NCBI GenBank assembly: GCA_951406725.2
Contig: OX597823.1
Location: forward strand, 38,254,001 to 38,318,000
DNA from: Octopus vulgaris
Taxonomy: Eukaryota
Direction: 5' to 3'
Length of the DNA: 64,000 nucleotides
Part shown: positions 27,646 through 39,180 of the stretch, one piece after another
Position numbering within the stretch: the stretch's first letter is position 1
How the letters are laid out: each line of letters begins with the position of its first letter
Made by a program: the position numbers and the translations under genes
Notes under the pieces: generated by a model
What the model was told of the DNA's origin: nothing
Database searches by the model: none
What the model saw: the letters and a program-made list of their open reading frames with translations, nothing else

Positions 27646-28949
27646 CGAAGTGGTATCAAAAAGTTCCCAGACTAGTTCTGTATATATACATAACCTGTGG
27701 AAGAGGGAGATCCAGGAAGACATGGGATGAGGTGGTGAAGTATAATCTTCGAACGTTGGGCTTCACAGAGGTAATGACAAGAGACCAAAACCTCTGGAGA
27801 TATACTGTGATTGAAAAGACTCAGCAAGTAAGGCAAGATGAGAGCTGCAGCCTACACCAGCGTTGCATAACCAGCTCATTCAAAAAGTACCTTTGAATTT
27901 TTGGGTGACACGCTGTGCTTGAGGAGACCTATTGAGTCAAGTAAAATCAAAATCACAATCAGAATCTCAATCAAATCAAAATCGGAATGAAAATTGTAGT
28001 TGTGGCTGATGCCAGTACCACCTGACTGGCTTCTGTGCCTGTGGCACGTAAAAAGCACCCATTACTCTCTTGGAGTGGTTGGTGTTAGGAAGGGCATCCA
28101 GCTGTAGAAACCTTGCCAGATCAGATTGGAGCCTGCCCCCAGTCAAACTGTGCGACCCATGCCAGCATGGGAAACAGGTGTTAAACGATGATGATGGTGA
28201 TGATATAAGTATGTATTCATCACCTTATACATGAGGATTCTTGGAGTGATGACCCATCCTTCATGTTGAGGATCATCATCGGTGACAAGAGTTGGGTCTA
28301 TGGGTATGACCCTGAGATGAAGCAGCAGTCATCACAATGGAAAAGGCTTTCATCTCCATGACTGAAGAAGGCACTACAGAGCTGCAGCTCAATCAAGAGC
28401 ATGTTCATTGTTTTTTCGATACCCACAATATTGCACATCAAGAATTCATCCCCCAGGGCCAGGCCATCAATCAAGAGTTCTACTGCTATGTTTTGAAGCA
28501 TTAGAGGGAGGACATTCAACAAAAGTGACTGGATCTGTGGAACACAAAGAATTGGATTCTTCATGATGACAATACACCCTCTCACTGAGCTCTCCTCACT
28601 CATTAATTTCTTGCCAAAAATGTGAGCTTCTCACCAAAAACAACAAAATCACTTCAATGCCAGCCCTATTCACCAGATTTTGCACCTGTAGACTTCCATC
28701 TCTTACCCAAGATGAAAAGGTAGCTCAAAGGTCACCGTTTTAGCACCATTGCTGAGCAAATCACAGAAGGTCCTTGACCCACCTACGAAAAATGGCTTCC
28801 TATCTAGATTCCAAAAGTGCCAGTAATACTGGGACTGGCGTATTGCTGAGCAAGGTGACTATTTCAAAGGAGATGATGTTAAAACTCAGGTAAATAAGTT
28901 ATTTTTTATTAAACATAACTAACCTGGGAACTTTTTGATACCACCTATG
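27646..28949 (+). mobile_element. Mariner element (second family) with nested family D repeat (~27700-28203)
   Basis: TIRs cgaagtggtatcaaaaagttcccagact / aacctgggaactttttgataccacc; IIGDKSWVYGYDPEMKQQSSQWK, LHDDNTP and PYSPDFAPVDFHL motifs. Confidence 0.9.
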
Positions 28950-29020
28950 TATACATGTAAACAGAAAGAAATCAAAGACCGAAGCTTTTCAGTTGATGAA
29001 TATTTAAGTATAGCTATATA

Positions 29021-29901
29021 TTGAGTCATCCCATAAATAATGTAGCTGTTTATCAATTGCATGAACTAAAAGTCAGAGGTGGGACAAGATAAACTACCTG
29101 CATCAACTCGCTATGAAGTGTCTATTCTTAGTGCATGTTTGGAAGAGTGCAGTTCGATTTTAACACTTATTTTTTCAAAGCAATAGTGGAAGTGACAAAG
29201 GAACATATTCAGCATATTTTGCTTTATGAATTCAATAAAGGCAACAATGTAATGGAAAATGCAAGGAATATTAATGCAGTATGTGAGGATTGGAAAATAA
29301 GTGTAAGCCAGTGTCAATGGTGGTTCCAGAAATTCTGAGCCAGAAAGTAGAAGATGAGCCATGTCCTGGAAGATCTGTAGAGCTCATCCTGCAAATCCTG
29401 GTGGAACAAGATTCCATTGTAACTGTTGAGTAACTAGCAGAAAAGCTTGGATTTGGTCATTCAACCAGTCATTTAAGTCAGCACTAGAAGAAAAACAACC
29501 ATCTTTGGTTTCAAGATGAAAGGTGTTCTTCCATCAGAATAATGCCTGGCCACATATAGTGAGGATGACTTTCCAAAGGCTGGAGCAGTTTGAATGGGAA
29601 ATGATGCCCTGCCCATCATATTCACTGGATATTACTACATCTGATTATCATTTATTCTTCAGTCTTCAAAATCATTTGGACGGAAAAAGTATGAACTCTG
29701 TACACAAGGTTAGAACAGTACTGGAGAAGTATTTTTTGTCACGGACAAGGGAATTTCGGAAGAGGGGCCTTGCAAGTCTACTAGATAGATGGAAGGGCAT
29801 TGTAGAAAATGAAGGAGTGTATATTTTGGATTAAAAAATAACTTTGTTTATCTTAATTTTGAAAAATAAAAGTATAAAAAAAACGGCATTATTTATGGGA
29901 T

Positions 29902-29902
<1 letters not shown>
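29021..29902 (+). mobile_element. Mariner element, internally deleted sister of 22569-23822
   Basis: TA+ttgagtcatcccataaataatg start; ORFs 29135-29338 and 29523-29834 (HQNNAWPH, YSLDITTSDYHLF). Confidence 0.95.
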
Positions 29903-29945
<43 letters not shown>

Positions 29946-30302
29946 TCAGAGATTTAAGAGTAAAGTAAATTTACTGTTTAAATTCATTTTATCATGTCAA
30001 GTAATATTGAGGATGAGGAAAATCTTTGACGAGATGAAATCACCAGGTTTTATATGTAACTCTCCGTTCTTATAGGGGAGGTGGGGGTGATCACTTTTAC
30101 CAATGAATTCTTGTCATTAATTGTTGTTAGACTTTATTTCCTTGACCTGAATACACAATTTTATTACATGTGTATGTGTGCATGCATATGAATGTGTGTA
30201 TGTTTATTATTATGTCTGCTTACAAGTATACCAAGTATTGTATACATGCATACATATGAATATATACATACATATATACATAAACATTTGTGTGTGTGTA
30301 TA

Positions 30303-30700
30303 CACAGACATGCAGGAAGTAAATAAACATCTTTAATTTTCAAAATTTCTGATCTAAGCATCTTAATATGTTTTCAGAGGCATAGAATTTACAATGTAAT
30401 TATTCTTTTTCATTCCAGGTGCCATTATATTAAACATTTGCGAAGAGTAACCATGCCATGCACAAAAAAATTCAGCAGAACTGTCAGATTTTGAAAGAGG
30501 TCATATTGTTGGGCAGTATGAGGCTGGTCTTAGCCAGCAAAAAATTGCCGAAAATCTTCAAAGTAAAAGAATCAACAGTTTCTCGTCCTGGCTGACCTGG
30601 GCCCTCAGAAAGGAAGCTTCGCTGTTTGAAGAGAATTGTGGAAAACAAACCCCGTTTGAAGGTTTATGACATTGCAAAACAGCTAGAAGTTAGCCACCGC
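30303..30700 (+). mobile_element. Tc1-like element 5' fragment
   Basis: ELSDFERGHIVGQYEAGLSQQKIAENL; end resembles the TIR of the 62160-63355 element. Confidence 0.75.
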
Positions 30701-30749
30701 TGCACCCATATCTAAATATATGTCTTATATATGTTTGTATATTTATGTG

Positions 30750-30805
<56 letters not shown>

Positions 30806-30821
30806 TATAGGTCATTATATA

Positions 30822-32069
30822 CTGGGTTGGACAAAATAATGGAAACAAACGAATTTATTTTAATATGGGATAGGACTGCCTTTGGCAGTAATTACAGCTT
30901 GAATTCTATGAGGTATGACTTGTACAAAGTTTGAATTGTTTCCAAAGGAATTTTTGTCCATTCTTTAGCTAGAACAGTCTCCAATTCTTGTAGTGATGAT
31001 GATGGAGGATATCGACTCTTTACTTGTTTTTCTATATTGCACCATAAATGTTCAATAATATTGAGATCTGGGAACTGTGGTAGCCAGATAAGATGTTCAA
31101 CTTCACTAGAATGTTCCTCATGCCATTCAGTAACAACTTAAGCTGTGTGAATTAGTGAATTATCATCCTGAAAGATTGCATTTCCCTCCGGAAACAGTTC
31201 TACAACCATAGGATGAATTTGATCAGATAAAATGCTTAAATAGTCCTAACTATTAATTCTGCCACTGGGCCAGCGGATTTATAAGATATAGATACCCCAC
31301 CCGGTCATCACAGATCCTCCTCCATGTTTAACAGTTGGAAGAAGGCTGTGTGGGTCAAATGCTTCTTTTGGCTGTCTCCTCACGTATACTCAACTGGTGG
31401 TCAGAAATAAGGTAAAGGATGATTTATCCAAGAAAATAACATTCTTCCACTGCTCTAGGGACCAATTCTGTAGGTTCTTACTCCAGTCTAAATGCTTTGC
31501 AATGTTTGTTTTTGAAAGTAGTGGTTTTGTGATTGTAGCCCTCCTGTGAAATCCAGCTTTGTGCAGCTATCAGCAAACAGTTTTTGTGGAAACTGGGTTC
31601 TCATGCTGGTCATTAAGCTTTGCAGTAATTTTGGGAGCTGTACTTTTGTGATCCTTTCTAACAATTAGCGTAATGATCTGACGTTTCCTATCTAAAAGTT
31701 TTGGTTTTCTTCTGGAGTTTTGTTTCAACGATGAGGCGTTTCCCTCTTTCTCAAAGGCTGTCATTACTTTTGAGACAGTACTTCTTGATACACCAAACAT
31801 TTCGGCTATTTTCGTTATACTAGTGCCTGCCATATGAGCACCAACAATTTGACCTCTTTGAAAGTCCAATAGAACTGTCATTTTAAAGAATTTTAATCAC
31901 CTTTTTCTGATGATATCTGAAAGGAAACAGCAATTTTAACAACACTTATTAAGCAACACTAATAATAAATCAAAAATATAAAAATAAACAAGCTTTTGAC
32001 AGTTTTATAGATACTTTAAAATTATGATGCTATGATGCTAGGTGTTTCTATTATTTTGTTTAACTCCTG
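30822..32069 (-). mobile_element. Tc1 (DD34E) element, near full length, pseudogenised
   Basis: TIRs ctgggttggacaaaataatggaaaca / tgtttctattattttgtttaactcctg with TA; LDFQRGQIVGA..., TVKHGGGSVM, FQDDNSLIH, SPDLNIIEHLW-like motifs. Confidence 0.95.
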
Positions 32070-32314
32070 TATATATGCACACACACATATATGGACACAT
32101 TTACACCCAGGCATGATGATGAGAAGTATAAAAAAAACATATTATAGATATTTATATATTAATAGATCAAACTTACACAGAGTACAAACAGAAAAATATA
32201 GGGTAGGAGATAAGGTGTTACAGGTCCTAAAGAGTTTGTGGAGGGCTTTCTTGGTGCGTTCAACAGAACGTCGAGATAGACCAGTGGCTATCATCCCTTT
32301 AGAGCCCTCCAGAG

Positions 32315-32720
32315 AGGCATGGCTGTATAGTTAAGATGGTTGTTTTCCAACCATATGGTTTTGAATTCAGTCCCATTGTGGGGCAACTTGAGGAAGTGTC
32401 TTCTACTATAGCCCTGGGCGAATTAAAGCCTTGTGCATGGTTTTGGTAGGTGGAAACTTAAGGAAGCCTGTCATATGTATATATATCTATGTGTGTGTGT
32501 CTGTATTCGCCCCCCCCCCCTCATCACCACTTGACAACTGGTGTTGGTGTGTTTATGTCCCCAAAACTTAGCAGTTCAGCAAAAGAGACCAATAGAATAA
32601 GTACCAGGCTTAAAAAAAAATAAGTACTGGTGTTGATTCATTTGACTGAAAATTCAAGGCAGTGCCCCAGCATGGCCACAGTCTAATGACTGAAACAGGT
32701 AAAAGATAAAAGATAAAAGA
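32315..32720 (+). mobile_element. SINE family A
   Basis: Head, body and gactgaaacaggtaaaagataaaagat tail. Confidence 0.85.
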
Positions 32721-33069
32721 TACATACACACACCCCCACCTACAAAGACACACACACATATATAAATATGTATGTACATGTGTATGCATGCATATGTGTG
32801 TGTTTGTTTTCTCCATGTCTTGATACTGTGTGAAAGTTGTAAATGAGCATCACTATCATACAAGCAGTGTCCTTAATTTTTAATTTCCTGTAAAAACATG
32901 TCAGGCCAGTGAGGGTTGGTGACAAGAAGAGCATCCAACCATAGAAAATCCACCTCAATGATTTCCCTTCGGCTTATGCAAGCATGGAAAAGTAGACATT
33001 GAAATGATAATGATGATGATGATGACAATGATGATGAAGATGAATACGATGATAAATATGATGATGAAT

Positions 33070-33126
<57 letters not shown>

Positions 33127-33336
33127 CTATATTTATAACAACAAAAAAATTTGTGAGTAGTTTCTTAGTTTATTTAAAGACAAACATAAATGGTCTTTAA
33201 ATAAATAATCCTAGTTTATATCTTGTGCTGGAAGTCACTTAAAGATTGATTTTGTAGTATTAGACTTAAAAGTTTAAGATGTAAAGAGTTTGTATGTGCA
33301 TGTGTGTGTGTGTGCGTGCGTGTGTGTGTGTGTGTG

Positions 33337-33990
33337 AATTCTTCACTGTACTCGTTGCCAACCCTCACCTTACTGACAGCATCTCTGTACATGGCTTGTA
33401 TAGCTCTCACTAACCATTCATCTATCCCTAGTTTCCACATTGACCACAAGATAAAGGATTGGGAGACCCAGTCATAGGCTTTCTCCATGTCAGTGAAAGC
33501 TAGGTACAGAGGTTTATCTTTGGCTAGGTATTTCTCCTGCAGCTGTCTTACCAGAAATATAGCATCAGTGGTGCTTTTCCCCGGCACAAACCCAAACTGC
33601 ATCTCATCTCGACTGACTTTCTCCCTACTTAGTTGGGCTATGACACTCTCCGTGACTTTCATTACCTGATCCAATAACTTGATACCTCAGTAATTATTTG
33701 TATCTAATAATGCATCATCTTTACCTTTGTATCAGTTGACTATGGTGCTGCTACACCAGTCATTGGGTATGACTCCTTCATGTACCACCTCACTGACTAT
33801 ACGGGTGACTAGACTATAGCTGACACCACCAGATATTTTTAGCATCTCTGCGATGATTCCTGATGGGCCGGGGGCTTTCCCTGTTTTCATATTCTTAATT
33901 GCTTTATCTACCAATGTACTGTCAATTCAGATAGCTGGTCTTGCTGTTGGGTCAACATTCAGAAAACTCTTTCTCCCATTCATTCTCTTC
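33337..33990 (-). mobile_element. RTE-clade LINE reverse transcriptase fragment
   Basis: KAIKNMKTGKAPGPSGI, EMQFGFVPGKSTTDAIF, LAFTDMEKAYD. Confidence 0.95.
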
Positions 33991-34504
33991 ATACACATTC
34001 TCACAATTTTACACACACACAAATACACATAATGGGAATGTATACAAAATTATATGCAGCTTCAAATTCAAATGAATATAAACAGATTTATTAATGTACA
34101 AGAAGACACAGCTTGGAATTTACCCTCATCATCATCATTTAACATCCGTTTCCATGCTGACATAGATCGGACAGTTTGACAGTGACAGGCAATTCAGAAG
34201 ATGGCACCAGGATTCACTGTCAAGGTGAGGGGATCAGAATATAAATGGGATAGTAGAGATAAATAGTAGAGAGGTGCCAGGGCATACCCTCAAGGTATGA
34301 GGATTATAATATAAATGGGATGGTAGAGTATTGCCAATAGTGCATGAATAGGGAGTAGGGACTTCACATGAGTGCAAAGAGTGTGGAGGTGGGGAATGCA
34401 GTGACTGGTGAAATATGGGTGTCTAGAAAAGGTGGGGGGACAACTGTACATCAATGAAACAGTAAGCAGGTCAGTGAAGACAGGATTAGGGAGTTGGGGA
34501 GCAA

Positions 34505-36437
34505 TGTAGAGAATGCAGAGAAGGAGAGTCTGCCAAATGTAGACTCAACTGAGGGATCAGCTATCCAAATCAACGGTAGCTTGGTAGATAAAATAATTTA
34601 GGATATGAAGGCAGAGAAAGCCTGTGGTCACTTAAATTTTCACTGCTGAGATACTTAAAATATCTGGTGGAGTGGGATATGGCTTAATCACCTATATAGC
34701 TAATCAGGCTGTCCATGAGGGAGTCATACCCAACGATGAGTGTAGCAGCATTATAATCAGCTGCTACTAAAGCAAAGGTGATGCTTTAGACAGAAATTAC
34801 TGCAGAGGCATCAAATTGCTGGACTAAGTGATGAAAGTTACAGAGAGGGTCATAGCTCAATTAATTAGGAAGAAAGTTGGCGTAGATGAGATGCAGTTTG
34901 GATTTTTGCCAGGTAGAAGCACAATTGATGTTATATTCGTGGTTAGGCAACTGCAGGAGAAGTATTTAGTCCAAAATAAAACTCTGTACTTGGCTTTTGT
35001 TGACATGGAGAAAGTCTTTCACAGGGTCCCCCCACTCCCTAACTGGTGGTCAGTGCAGAAGCTAGGGATAGATGAATGGTTGGTGAGGGCTGCACAAGTC
35101 ATGTACAGGAATGCTGCCAGTAAAGTGAAGGTTGGCAACAAGTATAGCAATGAATTCAGTGTACAGGTAGGAGTTCACCAAGGTTCAGTTCTCAGCTCCC
35201 TCTTATTTATTTTAGTTCTCCAGGCCTTAACAGAGGAATTCAATACTGACTGCCCTTGGAAGCTTCTCTATGCTGATAACCTTGTTCTTACAGGCGAATC
35301 ACCACCTTACCTAAAAAAGACTCCGCCGGTTACGACGACGAGGGTCCCAGCTGATACGATCAACGGAACAGCTTGCTCGTGAAATTAACGTGCAAATGGC
35401 TGAGCATTCCACAGACATGTGTACCCTTAACGTAGTTCTCGGGGATAATCAGCGTGACACAGAGAGTGACAAGGCTGACCCTTTGAAATACAAGTACAAC
35501 TCATTTTTGCCAGCTGAGTGGACTGGAGCAACGTGAAATAAAGTGTCTTGCTCAAGGACACAACGCGTCGCCGGGAATCGAACTCACAATCTTACGATCA
35601 TGAGCCGAATGCCCTAACCACTAAGCCACGCGCCCTCACTTCCACCTTACCTAGAGAAGAAATTTCAGGCATGGAAACATGGTCTGGAATCAAAGAGCGT
35701 CAGAGTTAATTCAGCAAAAACAAAAGCCCTAGTAAGTAGGAAAACAGACAAATCTCAAGTCCCTTCAGAGAGAAGGTGCTGTTTGATATGTAAAAACTCC
35801 TTACTTTGTACCCAGTGCTAGCTTTGGACACATAAGAGGTGTAGCAGTATCACAGGAAGGTTAATAGAGTAAATAGTCTTTGTGTGTGGCAGATGTGTGG
35901 GTACAATAAGCACAAATAATGTGCAGACAATAGACTCCCTCAAATGCTTAGGGTTATCATTAGAAGTAGTAGAAAGCCTATTTTACCTAGGTGATCAATT
36001 TAGCAGTGGAAGAGGTAGTTCTGAAAATGTAGTTGCTAGAATAAGAATGGGCTGGGCAAAGTTTAGAGAGGTTCTACCTTTGTTGGTAACTAAAGGCCTC
36101 TCCCTCAGAGTGAAAGGCAGATTGCATGATGCCTCTGTATGCACAGCCATGGGTTTTGACTCCAGAGGTGTTGTAAGGGCTTGAAAGAAATGAAGCTAGT
36201 ATGGGTAATGAAGCTGGATGGGTAATGTCTGTGTGTATGCATGATAGAGTGTAAATGATTTAAGAGGAAAACTGTGTACAAGAGCCATCAGATGTATGCA
36301 AGAGAGAAGACTGCACTGGTTTGGTCATGTGATGCATATGGATGTGGACAGCTGTGTAAAGAAGTGCTGAGCTCTAATTGTGGAGGGAATTTGTGGAAGT
36401 GGTAAACTAAGGAAGACATGGGATGAAGTCGTGAGAA
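34505..36437 (+). mobile_element. RTE-clade LINE (RT through C-terminus), pseudogenised, interrupted by a SINE
   Basis: QFGFLPGRST, FVDMEKVF, GVHQGSVLS, LLYADNL, YLGD, RLHWFGHV. Confidence 0.95.
35314..35641 (-). mobile_element. Young tRNA-derived SINE family C with 12-bp TSD
   Basis: TSD ccaccttaccta at 35302-35313 and 35642-35653; minus-strand head gagggcgcgtggcttagtggttag (A box)...gagttcgattccc (B box); older copy at 44140-44405. Confidence 0.92.
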
Positions 36438-36638
36438 ATATATATATATATATATATTTATCAATATAGGGTAGCAAAAAAATTCAAGAAAAAATTCAAG
36501 AAAAATTTTCTGCAACCAGCGGTCAAGTGAGAAAATAGAAATAGTCACAAACTATATAATATATTCAACAAAATATTAAGGAAAGACCCTTACAGGTCGT
36601 TCGACTCACTTGAAAAGAGCAGTCGCCTTTTCTTTTGG

Positions 36639-36737
36639 GACTTTGCTGATGAAACAAACCAATCGTAAACGGATTTAATTTAATTTAATTAAGTTCGATT
36701 GCGTTAAAATTGTTGAAACCTTGCAGGGTACAAAGTT
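36639..36737 (+). ncRNA. Type I hammerhead ribozyme, copy 1
   Basis: Stem I GACUUUG/CAAAGUU, CUGAUGA 36646-52, stem II AACAA..UUGUU, GAAA 36715-18, stem III ACCU-UGCA-GGGU, GUA cleavage triplet ending 36730. Confidence 0.88.
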
Positions 36738-37130
36738 GGAAAAGGATAAATGTTTTTATTTCTCCTTTAGCTTTCAGAATTACTACTATTTTTGCGGTTT
36801 GAGTTTTGGCTGCTCTTTGCAAGTGAGTTGAACGACCTGTAAGGGTCTTTCCTTAATATTTTGTTGAATATATTATATAGTCTGTGACTATTTCTATTTT
36901 CTCACTTGACCGCTGGTTGCAGAAAATTTTTCTTGAATTTTTTCTTGAATTTTTTTGCTACCCTATATTGATAAATTAATAATTTTTGACTAATTCTGAA
37001 ATTGTATCAGCAGTTTATATTTGCTGCTGAGTAGTTGGCGCGGTTACGTTAGATTTCGAAAAATTAGGATATATATACTCGGGGCTTCAGTGGTATAGCC
37101 TCGTGTGTATATGTTCGCCTTTTCTTTTGG

Positions 37131-37229
37131 GACTTTGCTGATGAAACAAACCAATCGTAAACGGATTTAATTTAATTTAATTAAGTTCGATTGCGTAAAA
37201 ATTGTTGAAACTTTGCAGGGTACAAAGTT
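37131..37229 (+). ncRNA. Type I hammerhead ribozyme, copy 2
   Basis: Same fold; CUGAUGA 37138-44, GAAA 37207-10, GUA ending 37222; the stem III C>U change keeps a G-U pair. Confidence 0.85.
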
Positions 37230-37275
37230 GGAAAAGGATAAATGTTTTTATTTCTCCTTTAGCTTTCAGAATTAC

Positions 37276-37360
<85 letters not shown>

Positions 37361-37839
37361 TATACATACATTCACGCTCACACATACACACACATATACA
37401 TGACCAGTGCCCAGTTTCTATTTTTCTTCCTTTATCTCTTCCTTTCTTACACTGGTCCCTTAGCTGACCAGTCGCAAATTCTCTATCTCTCAGTTCTACA
37501 TCCTTCAAGACATTTTCTAAATGTTACTCACTATTCCCGTCATATTTTGTTTGACTGTTTGTCCTCATCCACCATTCTAAATCACACTCTGTGTTGTTTT
37601 GCTTGGTTTGTTTTGTTTTGTTTGATCTTGTCCATAATTCTCCACAAGAAAAAAATTTTTTGTGGGTGCCACCAATTGGGAAGCACTCAGTCTTATCATT
37701 AACGGAACGAAACAGATCAGTACCAATTGGTCAGTAACTGATGAAGAATTATTGACCTTCTGTTTGTCTTCTGTTCGTTTTTACATTCAGTATATGTTAC
37801 ATTGTTTGTTTATACATTTTTAATTTACACATATATATA

Positions 37840-39005
37840 TCAGGTCATCCCATAACTTCTGTCTGATTTTACCTTTTTAAAAATTGACTGAAATTTAATA
37901 GTATTTTAGAATGTCTAATGGAATTAAAAATTATTTTTATGCATTTGTATATATTTAAACTAATTAAATATTATTTTATACGATAATAGAATTAAAATTT
38001 CTTTGATTAAAACCCTTTCTAGTATGGAAGTATCCAAAGAGCATTTGAGGTACATAATGATTTATGAGTACAAAAAAGGAAACTCTGCAGCTGAAGCAAC
38101 TCAAAACATACACTCAGTTTATGGGAAAGAATGCTTGAATGAAAGAACTTGCAGAAGATGGTTTGCAAAATTCAGAAGTGGAGATTTCAGCTTTGAAGAT
38201 GAAGATCGAACAGGACATCCAGGAAGAAAATCCTGCATTATCAGTTGAAGAGTTGGCTTGCAACAACTTGAAAAGGTTCCTAAACTTGGAAAATGAATTG
38301 TCCGAAAGCAACTACAAATCCCGAATTGACATCTGCTCTTCTCTCCATTCTCGCGAACTCATTTTTGGATAGATTTGTGATTGGTGACAACAAATGGATC
38401 TTCTATCGAAATGTGAAACATCATAAACACTTGCTTGGTAAAAGGGAAAAAGCTCAACCACAACCGAGAAGGGAACTTCATGGAAAAAAGGTTCTTCTCT
38501 CTATCTGGTGGGATTGCAAAGGAGTAATTCACTTTGAATTGTTACCACCTAAAGCAACAATCAATGCTCAAGTCTACTGTCAGCAATTAGAGCATTTGAA
38601 CCAAGCTTTGAAGAAAAAAAGACCTGCTTTAGTGAATTGAAAAGAAGTAATGTTTCTTCAGGACAATGTGCAACCCCACACTGCAAAAATCACATCACAG
38701 AAGATCGAAAAGCTTATTTTCCCGACCTTGTTCCTTCAGACTGCCATTTGTTTCATAGTTTACAGAATCATTTGGGGTACATAACTTTCGAAAGCCAGGA
38801 GGAGGTTGATACTAACATTTCAGAGTTCTTCACTTTGAAAGCAAAAGAGTTTTACATTGATGGGATTAAAAAGCTTGTAAATAGATGAAAGGAAGTCATA
38901 GATAATCAGGGAAAGTACACTGATGATTAAATTTCAATTAAATATAACATTTGATCACTTGTTTTCTTTATTCGAAATTCGGACAGAACTTATGGGATGG
39001 CCTGA
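37840..39005 (+). mobile_element. Mariner (DD34D) element, third family, pseudogenised
   Basis: TIRs tcaggtcatcccataacttctgtc / gacagaacttatgggatggcctga with TA; HLRYIMIYEY, RWFAKFRSGDFS, VIGDNKW, LSIWWD, LQDNVQPH, FPDLVPSDCHLF. Confidence 0.95.
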
Positions 39006-39017
39006 TATATATACATA

Positions 39018-39180
39018 GACACAGGAGTGGCTGTGTGGTAAGTAGCTTGTTCACCAACCACATAGTTCTGGGTTCAGTCCCACTGTCTGGCACCTTGGGC
39101 AAGTGTCTTCTACTATAGCCTCGGGCTGACCAAAGCCTTGTGAGTGGATTTGGTAGACGGAAACTGAAAGTAGCCTGGCG
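39018..39180 (+). mobile_element. SINE family A 5' half
   Basis: caggagtggctgtgtggtaagtagcttg head. Confidence 0.85.

Larger units (their letters stand above)
36456..37280 (+). mobile_element. Non-autonomous Penelope-like/retrozyme-type element in (TA)n
   Basis: 166-bp direct repeats 36623-36788 and 37115-37280; inverted arm 36456-36624 vs 36808-36976; (TA)n on both sides; no credible coding ORF. Confidence 0.8.

Noticed and set aside
35560-35641. tRNA-like sequence on the minus strand
   Set aside because: It is the head of a TSD-flanked SINE, not a standalone tRNA gene
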